Positions 1 through 9,481 of a stretch of 24,637 nt of DNA are shown here, one piece after another. The stretch spans positions 1-24,637 of the forward strand of contig CBDAFS010000044.1 of NCBI GenBank assembly GCA_965195285.1. Reading direction: 5' to 3'. Below the pieces are notes generated by a model. That model made no database searches. It saw only the letters and a program-made list of their open reading frames with translations, and was not told where the DNA came from. The position numbers and the translations under genes are program-made. This DNA is from an uncultured Aminicenantes bacterium. GTDB lineage: Bacteria; Acidobacteriota; Aminicenantia; UBA2199. How positions within the stretch are numbered: the stretch's first letter is position 1; every line of letters starts with the position of its first letter.

Positions 1-3000
1 TCCCAGGGAAATCAGAGCTAATATATCCTGGGGGGGCAGGGGGGGGGAGGAATGGAATTCCGGTTTTATCCGGGAGGCCGGTCCCCGGATGTTAAAACGA
101 ATACGGTAGTTTTTGATAAAGGCCTCGGATTGCAGGTCCACGAATGGGTCGATTTGAAATTTATTGTTGAATATCAGTTTGGCCTTGACCATGGTGAATG
201 TCCGGTCCGAGAAGAAAATCTCGCCTTCCTGACCGATGACCTTTCCGGACAGTACCGGGAAATTAAAATCGCCGGTCAGTTTCAGATCGAAACGACACTT
301 GAAATTGCCGAGGGTGTTTTTCATATGGATATTTTCCCGGCCGGTCAGGTTGAGGTCGAAGTGGATGCGGTTCAGTAGGCTATCGCTGCTCTCGGATGTA
401 CCGGGCTGGCTGTAAAATCCAATGCCCTCATCAACCTCCCGTTCCCAGAGCAGGGAGGCGAAGATCAGGTTGCCCTGGAGCAGCAGTTTCTCGCCATCCT
501 GTTTTAGGCTCAGATCGGCATTGACCGTGCTGCTGGTGCGGTCGATCAGGTAGGGTTTCATCTCTTGCCCGGAAAAATTGATCATCAGGTCCCGGATTCG
601 ACCCTGGTCCAGCCGCAGCATGCCGTTGGCCTCAATCCGGCCATCGGCCATGGTTCCCTGAAGCGATGACAGGTTAAACTGCCAATCCCGGAAGGTGATC
701 AATCCCTTGAACTGGTTCAGGGTATGGGGAAATCCGGGAATGGTCAACACCTCACCGTTCAACAGGACCAGCCCCTGCCAGCTCGGCTTTCCGGCTTCAT
801 CGGTTTTGATCTGGCCGTTGAGCACCATTCTGCCGTTGTGGTTCTGCCAGGGCATGATCAGGTTGATGTCCTTTAGGTGGAGTTTGAAGGTCCCGGTATA
901 CTGCTCCCGGGTCTGGTTCAGGTGAATATTGAAGGGGGATGACTTCTGCTGATGGTGAACGTAGCCCACGGTCTTGAAGTCGAAATCGGAAAAATCGGTC
1001 AAAACGGTGGCCTGGCCCGACAGCTGGCTCTGGCGGTCCTGGTAATAGCCGAAACGGTCAATCCGGTATTGGAGGCGAATGGGATCTTCATTAAAGGTTC
1101 CGGCCCCGCTGAAGGACAGCCGGCCAATCCCCTGGAAACCGGGGTTGATGCGTTTGATGCGGATGCCCCGGATTTCGCCTTTCAATTTATATTTCTGGTT
1201 TTGATAGTCAATGAAAATATCGGATTCCCCCTGGCCGCCATAGCACCGGTGGCTCAGGTTTTTCAGGTGAATGGTTTCCAGGTTGGTTTCCAGGTTTCCG
1301 CTGAACCGGTCAAAGCGGAGACCATAGGCCAGGAAGTTTCCGGAACTGAAATCTCCCTCGATGCGGGGCAGGGTCTCATCTTTTAGCAGGGAATAGCGGA
1401 ATCTGCCCTGCATGGGGCCCCGGATGGCCAGGTCCAGGTTCAGCAGGCCAAGGATCTTGGCGGATTCACCCCGGATATCGGTAAAATCGATATTCAGGTC
1501 CTCATTCCGGATGTCCAGCCGGGCCTTTCCACTCAGGGAGCGGTCCAGGATCTCAAAGGTTCCCCGGGTGGACTGGTTTTTTCCCCGGATATCGCCTTTC
1601 AGCCGGTTTATGCGCTGGCCCGAGGAGAGGAAATTCCGGACATCGATGGAACTGCGGAAAACCGACTCGGAACCGTTCTGATTGAATTGAATATTGATCT
1701 GGCCCTCGCCCTTCTGGAGTTTCCAGGGTTCGAAGTCCAAGTCGATAAAATAGGTGGCATATTTGTTAAGGCCGGCCATTTCATTGATGGTGGCCTGGAT
1801 GGACAGGTCGGTTTTTTTGATAGGGGGAATGATATGTCCTTTGATGGCCAGACTGCCGAATTCTCCGTCCAGCCGGTCCGACTGAAAGTCAGCGACCTTG
1901 TCCCGGGTGTCATAGCGGAATTGAACGGTTCCCCCGAAATTGAAATCAGTGGTGGGATCCGCCTGCTTTTTTATCCGGACCGTTCCGCTGACAATCTTTT
2001 TATTGATGGTGATGTCAGCCTCCTGTACCACCCCACCCAGGGAGACATCTTTGTAAATATCGATCAGCTTGGCTAACCGGTTACCGGTTATGTTTGACCC
2101 CTTGATTTTGGCCAGGCTCTTTCTGGAATCGATTTTCAGGCTGGTGGTCAGGTTTTTATCCTGAAAAAAGGCGTTGATCCGGACCAGGTCCTCCTTGTTG
2201 TCCCAGTTGATGCGCCCCTGCAGATCTGAGAATCGCTCTTGGTTGCAGAAAAAGGTCTTTGCATCGAACCGCCCGGAAACCGACAGTTTTCGGTTCCGGT
2301 CCAGGGTGATCCGGGCATTGCCGTAGATGAGACCGGAGACGGTCAATTCTCTCAGCAGGGGCCGGAGCACCGGTTCCGGGTTTCCCTGGAAAAAAGCGTT
2401 GAGGTCCATGGTGGTATTTTCATATACCCGTCCATGGGCATTCACCCTGAAATCTTTGGTACTCCAGAAAAATTTGTTTATTTTGATGCTCCCGGGATAC
2501 TGCTTCAGCCGGGTGGTCAGATTGCCCTGTACCGTGACCCTTTCCTGATCCACTGGAAAAACCACCTTGAGCAGGGGGGAGGTGAGCTGGTAGGACGTAT
2601 AGTCGGGAAATCGAACCGAATCCAGGTTAAATTTGATCAGGTTGACGGTCAATTTGTTGGCCACGAATAGGAGTTCGCCATTGGTGATTTTGATGGCCCT
2701 GATCTTGAAGGGAATGCCCCCGGTCCGGGGCTGGGCCGGTCTTTTATCCTTAAAGAGATTCTGATTGACTAAGATTTTGGGGTCATGGATGATCAGGTCA
2801 AATTCCTTGAAACTGGAGAAGATCGACCAGAAGGGGATTTCAATGCTGACGCTTTTAAAGGAAACCAGGTTTTTGTTTTCCAGGGGAAAACGTTTGATGT
2901 CCCTGATATTGATGCCCAGGGGGTAGAAAGATAAACTCAGGTTGGAGAAATCGATTATGTGGGGAATCTGCCGGTTAATCTGGCTGTAAATATAGAATTT

Positions 3001-3074
3001 TACCGCATTGTAGAGGCCGACCAGGAACAGAAGTATAAAAAAAAACCGATGAGTCGTTTCAGGCGTTTTTTCAC
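1..3074 (-). CDS. tamB: TamB/AsmA-family translocation and assembly module protein; partial (3' end beyond window edge), with an apparent 1-nt frameshift at a T9 run (3037-3045)
   Basis: Manual translation shows one minus-strand frame from 3036 to position 1 with no stop in the lines read. It begins ILLFLVGLYNAVKFYIYSQ...SFYPLGINIRDI and ends FIKNYRIRFNIRGPASRIKPEFHSSPPLPPQDILALISLG, matching the TamB C-terminal S.PPL...DIL.L...G motif. The basic N-terminus (GTG 3074, VKKRLKRLIGFF) is in a neighbouring frame. The ORF track misses the gene because it has no stop in the window. Confidence 0.85.
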
Positions 3075-3083
3075 TTTATTGAT

Positions 3084-3728
3084 TTATTTTTTTACTTTTT
3101 CCCAGTCTTTCAGAAATTGTTCCATGCCCCGGTCGGTCAGGGGATGATTGAGTAGTTTGGCCAGGGTGGAAAAGGGAATGGTGGCAATATCGGCTCCCAT
3201 CATAGCGGCTTCCACAAAATGAAGCGGATGCCGGATGGAGGCCACGATGATTTCGGTTTCCAGGGCGTAATTGTCAAAAATTTGAATGATATCCGCTACC
3301 AGGTCCATGCCGTTCCCGGATATGTCATCGATCCGCCCCACAAAAGGAGATACATAACTGGCCCCGGCTTTGGCTGCCAGCAGGGCCTGGGAGGAAGAGA
3401 AGATCAGGGTGACATTGGTTTTGATGCCAAGGGTGTACAGTTGCTTGACCACTTTGAGTCCCTGCAGGTTGATGGGAACCTTGATGACCACGTTATCGGA
3501 GATCTCGGCATACTGCCGGGCCTCATTCACCATACCTTCAAAATCAGTGGCCGTGACTTCTACGGATACCGGTCCGGGGACCAGGGCGGTGATTTCCTTG
3601 ATCAGGGGAAGGAATTCCCGGTTTTCCCGGGCAATCAGGGATGGATTGGTGGTGGCCCCGTTGACCACACCGTATTCGATTCCTTTCTTGAGTTCTTCGA
3701 TATTAGCCGTATCCAGAAATATTTTCAT
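3084..3728 (-). CDS. tal: Transaldolase, small TalC/MipB (FSA-like) family
   Basis: [17 protein letters not shown], Schiff-base Lys in [32 protein letters not shown]. Glu in PVSVEV and Phe in SPF indicate transaldolase rather than fructose-6-phosphate aldolase (Gln/Tyr). GGAGG RBS at 3735-3739. Confidence 0.93.
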   Translation of the reverse strand: MKIFLDTANIEELKKGIEYGVVNGATTNPSLIARENREFLPLIKEITALVPGPVSVEVTATDFEGMVNEARQYAEISDNVVIKVPINLQGLKVVKQLYTLGIKTNVTLIFSSSQALLAAKAGASYVSPFVGRIDDISGNGMDLVADIIQIFDNYALETEIIVASIRHPLHFVEAAMMGADIATIPFSTLAKLLNHPLTDRGMEQFLKDWEKVKK

Positions 3729-3748
3729 GAATGTCCTCCAGACACAAA

Positions 3749-3777
3749 ATTATAACAGATTTTTGATGATAAGGAAA
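3749..3777 (-). promoter_or_regulatory. Putative sigma70 promoter for tal-tamB (extended -10)
   Basis: Minus strand TGtTATAAT with -10 at 3754-3749, and a weak -35 TTTCCT at 3777-3772 with a 17-nt spacer. Confidence 0.55.
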
Positions 3778-3814
3778 GCGGAAAAAGGAAAAGAGAAGTA
3801 ATTACTATTAGCAA

Positions 3815-3863
3815 CTTCACGCTTTACGTTTTACGCCTTACGTCTTTATCTTAACCTTAATCT
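3815..3863. repeat. Degenerate 7-mer tandem repeat (YYTYACG x4) followed by CTTAAY x2
   Basis: CTTCACG CTTTACG TTTTACG CCTTACG TCTTTAT CTTAAC CTTAAT read directly in the tal/lnt intergenic region. Confidence 0.7.
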
Positions 3864-3882
3864 GAGCCGGCCTTGGAACCGT

Positions 3883-3911
3883 TTGCATTCTTATTTGGTT
3901 TTTTTTACAAT
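3883..3911 (+). promoter_or_regulatory. Putative sigma70 promoter for lnt-pagL
   Basis: TTGCAT (3883-3888), 17-nt spacer, TACAAT (3906-3911). Confidence 0.65.
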
Positions 3912-3920
3912 ACGATTGAT

Positions 3921-5498
3921 TTGAAAAAAAAGAAGGATAATCAGAAACTTCCGGGCTTGTGGAAGGGGTACGGTAATCCCCGGCTGCTGTTCCTGCGCCT
4001 GGGGGCCTTTGGCCTGGCCATTGCCCAGTATCCCCTGCTGAATATCCCCCTGAACCTGTGGCCCCTGCACTGGATCTCCTGGATACCCTTCATCTGGGCC
4101 ATCCGGGCCCAGAAAGGCCGTGGCAACCTGCTGTTTGCCTATATCGGGGGGACCATCGGCAACCTGTTCCTGTTTTCCTGGATTGCCGAGTTCATTCCCA
4201 ATTTCAGCAATGTGCCCAAACCGGTTGCCATGCTTCTGGTTTTTCTGTTCTGCAGTTACCTGAGTCTTCAGTGGATGGCGCTGGCAATGTTGATTCCCCG
4301 GCTGGTGAAACGTTTCCCCCGGGCCTGGATTTTTCTTGCTCCGGCCCTGGTGGTGACCCTGGAATTTCTGATGCCCCAGATCTTTCCCTACATGCAGGGA
4401 ATGAGCCATTTCCGGGTGAACCCGGTCTATCAGCTGGCTTCGATTACCGGGGTGTACGGCATCAGTTATCTGCTTTTTTTCTCCAATTGCGTATTCTATC
4501 ATGCCCTGGACGGCTTTCGCCGGAAACGGACATTTTACTGGAAACCAATGCTGCTGCTCCTGGTTACGGTGGCCCTGGTCCTGGGCTACGGCTGGTGGCG
4601 CGGGGTTCAATACCGGCAGAAAGTTGCCAAAGCCCCCACCCTGACCGTGGGTCTCATCCAGAGCAACATTACTCCTTCCCAGCACCGCAAAATGGGTTTT
4701 CAAAAAACCCATCAACTCTACCTGGACATGAGCCGGGAGGCGGCATCCCGGGGAGCGGACTGGATTATCTGGTCAGAGGGTGAGTTCAAGCTACCACTGA
4801 ATTCAGCACAGGCCCGGAACATCCTGGAACAGACCAGCCAAGAGCTGGGACGCCCGCTCCTGTTAGGGGGGTTTCATATGAAATATAAGAACGGCCGGCG
4901 TTTTCCCAGTAACAGTGCCATCCAGGTGGATCCAAAAACCGGACTGGGCCGGTGCTATAACAAGCGTCTGCTGGTGCCCTTCGGTGAATACCTGCCCTTT
5001 GAGAAGCAGCTGTCATTCATTTACCGCCATATCAGCCGCCGCCAGGTTCTCTATCCCGGAAAGGACCCGGTGGTCCAGAAGCTGCAGGGCATTCCCTATG
5101 CATTTTTAATCTGTTATGAAGCTATCTTTCCGTCCCTGGTCCGGGAGTCGGTTCGGGCCGGGGCCCATTTGCTGGTCAACATCACCTATGATGCCTGGTT
5201 CGGAAGGACCTCTGCCCCTTATCAGCACCTGATGCTGGCCACGGCCAGGAGCGTTGAAAACGGAATTCCCCTGGTCCGGCTGGGTACCACCGGTATTTCC
5301 ACGGTCATTGATGCCCTGGGCCGAACAGGTGAACAGAGCGAGTTATTTCAGCCCCGGGTGCTGTTATACCCGGTAAAACTGGTCCGGCTGCCCGGCCTCT
5401 ATACCCGGATTGGCAATCTGTTTTCATGGATCTGTGTATTGTTTGCAGTACTGGGCCTGATCCATGTCATCATCAAACCCGCCTTGCCCCGGAGTTAA
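3921..5498 (+). CDS. lnt: Apolipoprotein N-acyltransferase
   Basis: Multi-TM N-terminal half; QLASITGVYGISYL; nitrilase-fold triad Glu (IIWSEG), Lys (YNKRLLVPFGEYLP) and Cys (LICYEAIFP); DAWFG; PYQHL; TTGIS; final TM helix. Start moved from 3873 to the in-frame TTG at 3921 because a promoter lies at 3883-3911. The start remains uncertain. Confidence 0.93.
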   Translation: MKKKKDNQKLPGLWKGYGNPRLLFLRLGAFGLAIAQYPLLNIPLNLWPLHWISWIPFIWAIRAQKGRGNLLFAYIGGTIGNLFLFSWIAEFIPNFSNVPKPVAMLLVFLFCSYLSLQWMALAMLIPRLVKRFPRAWIFLAPALVVTLEFLMPQIFPYMQGMSHFRVNPVYQLASITGVYGISYLLFFSNCVFYHALDGFRRKRTFYWKPMLLLLVTVALVLGYGWWRGVQYRQKVAKAPTLTVGLIQSNITPSQHRKMGFQKTHQLYLDMSREAASRGADWIIWSEGEFKLPLNSAQARNILEQTSQELGRPLLLGGFHMKYKNGRRFPSNSAIQVDPKTGLGRCYNKRLLVPFGEYLPFEKQLSFIYRHISRRQVLYPGKDPVVQKLQGIPYAFLICYEAIFPSLVRESVRAGAHLLVNITYDAWFGRTSAPYQHLMLATARSVENGIPLVRLGTTGISTVIDALGRTGEQSELFQPRVLLYPVKLVRLPGLYTRIGNLFSWICVLFAVLGLIHVIIKPALPRS

Positions 5499-6100
5499 TG
5501 TTGATGTTTCTCAACAAATATCCTTCCTTGACTCTGTCCGGACGGATAGGGGTTCTACTGCTGGTTCTGATGGGGATTTCTGTTCAGAGTCGGGGGCTGG
5601 CAGCCGAAAGTGAAGGTCCGGTGGAGAAAAAATGGTTCGGTGAAGTCCGGGCCGGAATATTAGCTCACGATGTGAACCACCTGTGGAGCAATTTACACCT
5701 GGAGGGGGGGATTGATTTCAACCTGGAGCTGGTGTTTTTTAAACCCTCACTCCGTTTGCTTTCCGGTATCATCCTCCCTAACGTAGGGGTAACCGTCAAT
5801 TCCCGGGGATATACCAGCAAGCTGTATGCCGGTTTTTTATGGGAGTGGCAAAACCGGCAGGGCCTGTTCCTGGATCTGGGACTGGGGGTAGCCATCCATG
5901 ACGGTGAGCTTAATACCGTTGTGCCCGGGCGGAAACTGTTGGGCCGCCGGGTGTTGTTCCGGATTCCGGTCGAGGTGGGATACCGGCTGTCAGTCCGCTG
6001 CCGGGTATCCCTGATGTTTTCTCATGTGTCCAACGGGTATACGGCCGAGTACAACCAGGGACTGGATGTACTCGGCCTTCGAGTTGGCTATTGTTTCTAA
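5498..6100 (+). CDS. PagL-family lipid A 3-O-deacylase / acyloxyacyl hydrolase (outer-membrane beta-barrel)
   Basis: Signal-peptide-like N-terminus, amphipathic beta strands, PagL-type catalytic motif SHVSNG, NQGLD, terminal ...VGYCF. ATG 5498 overlaps the lnt stop (TAATG). Confidence 0.75.
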   Translation: MLMFLNKYPSLTLSGRIGVLLLVLMGISVQSRGLAAESEGPVEKKWFGEVRAGILAHDVNHLWSNLHLEGGIDFNLELVFFKPSLRLLSGIILPNVGVTVNSRGYTSKLYAGFLWEWQNRQGLFLDLGLGVAIHDGELNTVVPGRKLLGRRVLFRIPVEVGYRLSVRCRVSLMFSHVSNGYTAEYNQGLDVLGLRVGYCF

Positions 6101-6107
6101 TTTAGAA

Positions 6108-9100
6108 TTATTTGATCTCTTTTTCATACCATTTGGAGCGATCCGGATCCTTGGGGTTGGTGATTTTTTTACGGGGTTTCTTATTGAGCTGTTCCAACAG
6201 GTATTTTACAGCGACTTCAATACTGGGATCATTGCCCTTGGCCACCAGTTCTGGCCGGTCATAGACTTCAAATCCCGGGTCCGGGTAAACGCCCACTCCC
6301 TCGACCACGAATTCGCCTTCGGTACTGACGATGCCGAACATGGGCACGGCAAAAGAGGGTCCGTCCACCAGGCTGGGGCTCCAGCCGTATCCGACCAGGC
6401 CTCCCCAGGTGCGGGTACCGATCAGGATTCCCAGTTTGGTCTTCCGGAAGCTGTATGGGAATTCATCCCCTCCTGATGAGGAATAATGGTTGATCAGCAT
6501 GGCCTTGGGACCATCGTGTCCGAAGGTCGGAGAGACGTTCAGCTCCAGTCCCCGGGCATGCCAGTAACTCTTGGGGGAGCGGAGTAATTTTTCGATCATC
6601 TTGATGGAATCCCAGCCACCGCCGTTGTAGCGTTCATCGATGATCAGGGCTTCCTTGTGGCTCTGGGCGTAAAGACCCTTGAAGAGCTCCCGGTTGCCCT
6701 CGATGGCGGTATTGGGCACATGGATATAACCGATGCGGCCCTTGGACAATTTTTCCACCATCTTTCTGCGGGATTCCACCCAGTCCATGTAGAACAGGTT
6801 CAATTCGCTGGAAATGGGCTTGATCCAGTAGATCCGTGCCCCCTGGGTTTCAGGCTTGGAATTGACCTTGATGGTGATTTTCCGGTTGGCGGTATTTTCC
6901 AGGAACAGGTAGGGATTGTCTTTGGTGGTGACCTCGTAGCCGTTCAGTTCGATAAGGTAGTCACCGACATGGACATCGATGCCCTGCTCGGTGAGAGGGG
7001 AACGAGTGTTGTTGTTCCAGTTTTCTCCCTGAAAAATTTTGGAAATGATATAGCGGTCGGAAGCGGGATCAACTTTGAGTTCGGCACCTAATAAGCCGGT
7101 GTTGATGCGTTTTACCCGTTTGAAATCACCCCAGTTTACATAGCAGTGGCCGACATTCAGTTCACCGACCAGTTCGCCGAAGATATAGTCCAGGTCGGCC
7201 CGGTGGCTGACATAGGGGAGCCATTTGGCGTATTTTTCCTTCATCTTGAGCCAGTCCACGCCGTGCATGTTTTTCACATAAAACCAGTCGCGGTAGATCC
7301 GCCAGCCCTCATTATATATCTGCTGCCACTCGATGACCGGATCGATTTTCATGGTCAGGTCATCCAGTTTCAGGGTACCGGTACCGACTTTTTGCTTGGG
7401 CTTGATGTCGATGATTCCCCATTTGTTCTCGGCCCGGTAGAGGAGTTTTTTGTAATCAACGGAAAACGAACCATACTGGATTCCGCTGATAATCAGTTCA
7501 TCTTTTTTGTCTTTCAGGTTGTACATCCGGAGTTCCCGGTCCTTGGAATAGAGGATCTTTTCCCCGCCGATATCCAGCACCATATTGTACCGGCCGGAAC
7601 CCATGGGAAAGGCATTAACCCGGTTGCCGATGCCCTTGAAATCGATTTTCACGACCACTGCTTTTTTCTTCTTGTCTTTGTCCTTTTTGGATTCCTTGTT
7701 CTTGGCCGGGGGGGGTGCCGGTTTGGCTGTTTCATCCAGATCATTTTCCTCTTTGAAGATGTTCGGAGCATCTTTGACCAGGGCCATGGCATATGCCCGC
7801 ATGGATTTGTTGTAGATAAAGTCGAATTCCATGCTGGAGAAACCGGTCCGGAAATCCATGGTGAAATCCCGGTCGGAGAGGAAGTAGATATACTTTCCGT
7901 CCTGGGAAAAGGCGCCGCCGTAGTCATTGTATTTGCCGTTGCTCAGGGTGTGGGATTGGTTCGTTTCCAGTGAATAGACCCAGACAGCCTGGAGCTTGTT
8001 GTCGAGTTCCTTGGTGTAGGTGATCCATTTGGAATCCGGTGCCCAGTCGTAATGACGGATCTGAGAAAAACGGCCCCGGTCCACCCGGGTGATTTTCTTG
8101 CTGGCGATATCCAGGATCTGGAGTTCCCTGTTCATATCGGAAAAAACCAGTTTTTTGCTGTCCGGTGACCAGACCGGCGGGTATTTCCATACCCGGTGAT
8201 CCCGGGTCAGCTGGACGGATTTTTTGGTTTTTGGATCCAGCAAGTACATTTCGTAGTTTCCGCTCTTATCAGACAGGTAAGAAATCCATTTTCCGTCCGG
8301 AGAGGTGACCGGGTACATTTCCCGGACTCCCGGGGTGCGGGTCAGGTTGACGGTCACACCCTTCTTGGCCGGAACCGTAAAAATATCGCCCCGGGCATCA
8401 AAGATGGCCCGTTTCCCGGTTGTGGTGAGAGCACCGCCGAAACGGGAGATAAATCTGGATACGTTTTTGAAATAGGGCAGGATGTTGGGATTGTCAAAAT
8501 GAATGTTAACGGTTATTTTTTTGGTCTTGCCGCTGGTCAGATCGAGCTTGTAGATATGGGCATCGTATTCATAGACCACCAGGCCATTGTGACCGGAGGG
8601 CCATAGCACATCGTATTCGCTGTGCCGGGTCACCTGTTCTTTTTTATCGGTCTTCAGATCGTATGACCAGAAATTCAATTTCATATCCCGGTCCGATACG
8701 AAATACAGTTTATCTCCATACCAGAGCGGATGCTGATCGGTACCGGTAAAGGTGGTAATCCTCTTGGACTCGTCTTTCTCCAGGTCATAGGTCCATACAT
8801 CCTGGGCCCGGCCACCCTTCATCCGTTTCCAGGTCCTGAATTCCCGGGATATGGGGGTGTAAACAATCTTTTTGCCGCTGGGTGAAAAGCTGCCGAAGCC
8901 CACTTCCGGTATCTGCAGCGGGGTTTCCAGGCCTCCCTTCAGGCTGACCAGAAAGTATTTCCCCATACGTTCGAAAAAGGGAGTACGGTTGGCCCTGACC
9001 AGGATTTTGCTGGAGTCGTGGGTCCAGTCCATGACGATGTAGTCGAAACCGCCTCGGGGCGGCATGTTTCCCACATCGTTGTAATAGGTCAGCTGGCGGG

Positions 9101-9395
9101 GAGTTCCCCCGGTAGCCGGCATGACATATACCTGGCGTGAACCGGAATACTCCCCGGAAAAGGCGATCCACTTTCCATTCGGGGATATTTTGGGAAACAA
9201 TTCCCGGCCTTCATGTGAAGTCAGGCGGGTGGCATTGCCTCCCTGGGCCGGTACTGACCAGATGTCACCGGCATATACGAATACAACCAGGTTCCCGTTG
9301 ATATCCGGGGTTCTTAACAGCCGGGCATCGTCTATGGAAAAGATATACCCGGCAAAAATGAGTACCAATAGTACTGTAAATAGTGTTTTTTTCAT
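6108..9395 (-). CDS. Tricorn protease homolog (S41 peptidase with beta-propellers and PDZ), secreted
   Basis: Signal peptide MKKTLFTVLL after an AGGAGG RBS (9401-9406); PD40-like repeats (PKISPNGKW, PVTSPDGKW); GELNVGH; GRIGYIHVPN; IIDERYNGGG; catalytic SSSGGD; GTRTWGG; EGVGVYPD. Confidence 0.93.
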   Translation of the reverse strand: MKKTLFTVLLVLIFAGYIFSIDDARLLRTPDINGNLVVFVYAGDIWSVPAQGGNATRLTSHEGRELFPKISPNGKWIAFSGEYSGSRQVYVMPATGGTPRQLTYYNDVGNMPPRGGFDYIVMDWTHDSSKILVRANRTPFFERMGKYFLVSLKGGLETPLQIPEVGFGSFSPSGKKIVYTPISREFRTWKRMKGGRAQDVWTYDLEKDESKRITTFTGTDQHPLWYGDKLYFVSDRDMKLNFWSYDLKTDKKEQVTRHSEYDVLWPSGHNGLVVYEYDAHIYKLDLTSGKTKKITVNIHFDNPNILPYFKNVSRFISRFGGALTTTGKRAIFDARGDIFTVPAKKGVTVNLTRTPGVREMYPVTSPDGKWISYLSDKSGNYEMYLLDPKTKKSVQLTRDHRVWKYPPVWSPDSKKLVFSDMNRELQILDIASKKITRVDRGRFSQIRHYDWAPDSKWITYTKELDNKLQAVWVYSLETNQSHTLSNGKYNDYGGAFSQDGKYIYFLSDRDFTMDFRTGFSSMEFDFIYNKSMRAYAMALVKDAPNIFKEENDLDETAKPAPPPAKNKESKKDKDKKKKAVVVKIDFKGIGNRVNAFPMGSGRYNMVLDIGGEKILYSKDRELRMYNLKDKKDELIISGIQYGSFSVDYKKLLYRAENKWGIIDIKPKQKVGTGTLKLDDLTMKIDPVIEWQQIYNEGWRIYRDWFYVKNMHGVDWLKMKEKYAKWLPYVSHRADLDYIFGELVGELNVGHCYVNWGDFKRVKRINTGLLGAELKVDPASDRYIISKIFQGENWNNNTRSPLTEQGIDVHVGDYLIELNGYEVTTKDNPYLFLENTANRKITIKVNSKPETQGARIYWIKPISSELNLFYMDWVESRRKMVEKLSKGRIGYIHVPNTAIEGNRELFKGLYAQSHKEALIIDERYNGGGWDSIKMIEKLLRSPKSYWHARGLELNVSPTFGHDGPKAMLINHYSSSGGDEFPYSFRKTKLGILIGTRTWGGLVGYGWSPSLVDGPSFAVPMFGIVSTEGEFVVEGVGVYPDPGFEVYDRPELVAKGNDPSIEVAVKYLLEQLNKKPRKKITNPKDPDRSKWYEKEIK

Positions 9396-9481
9396 GAATT
9401 CCTCCTTCAGGATATAGAAAACACACACATTTTTACCAATTATTGTATTACGTAAAAGAATGGGGATGGTTTTAAAACAAA

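Noticed and set aside
52-2670. Plus-strand ORFs 52-378, 695-925, 952-1386, 1412-1681, 1687-2076, 2239-2670 and minus ORF 1608-1913
   Set aside because: All lie inside the tamB frame. Most are codon-register antisense shadows and none has a recognisable motif.
3084-3728. Calling the aldolase fsa (fructose-6-phosphate aldolase)
   Set aside because: The diagnostic Glu (SVEV) and Phe (SPF) fit transaldolase, although automated pipelines often label this family fsa.
3815-3863. CRISPR array or iterons
   Set aside because: Units are 6-7 nt with no spacers, and no cas or rep genes are in the window.
7660-7730. Low-complexity purine/pyrimidine tract in the tricorn gene
   Set aside because: Explained by the Pro/Lys-rich linker AKPAPPPAKNKESKKDKDKKKK, and the frame is intact.
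3891-9417. Long alternative ORFs within lnt and the tricorn gene (e.g. 3891-4715, 4058-4783, 7146-7973)
   Set aside because: They fully overlap well-supported genes and have no motifs or RBS. They are expected shadows of biased codon usage.
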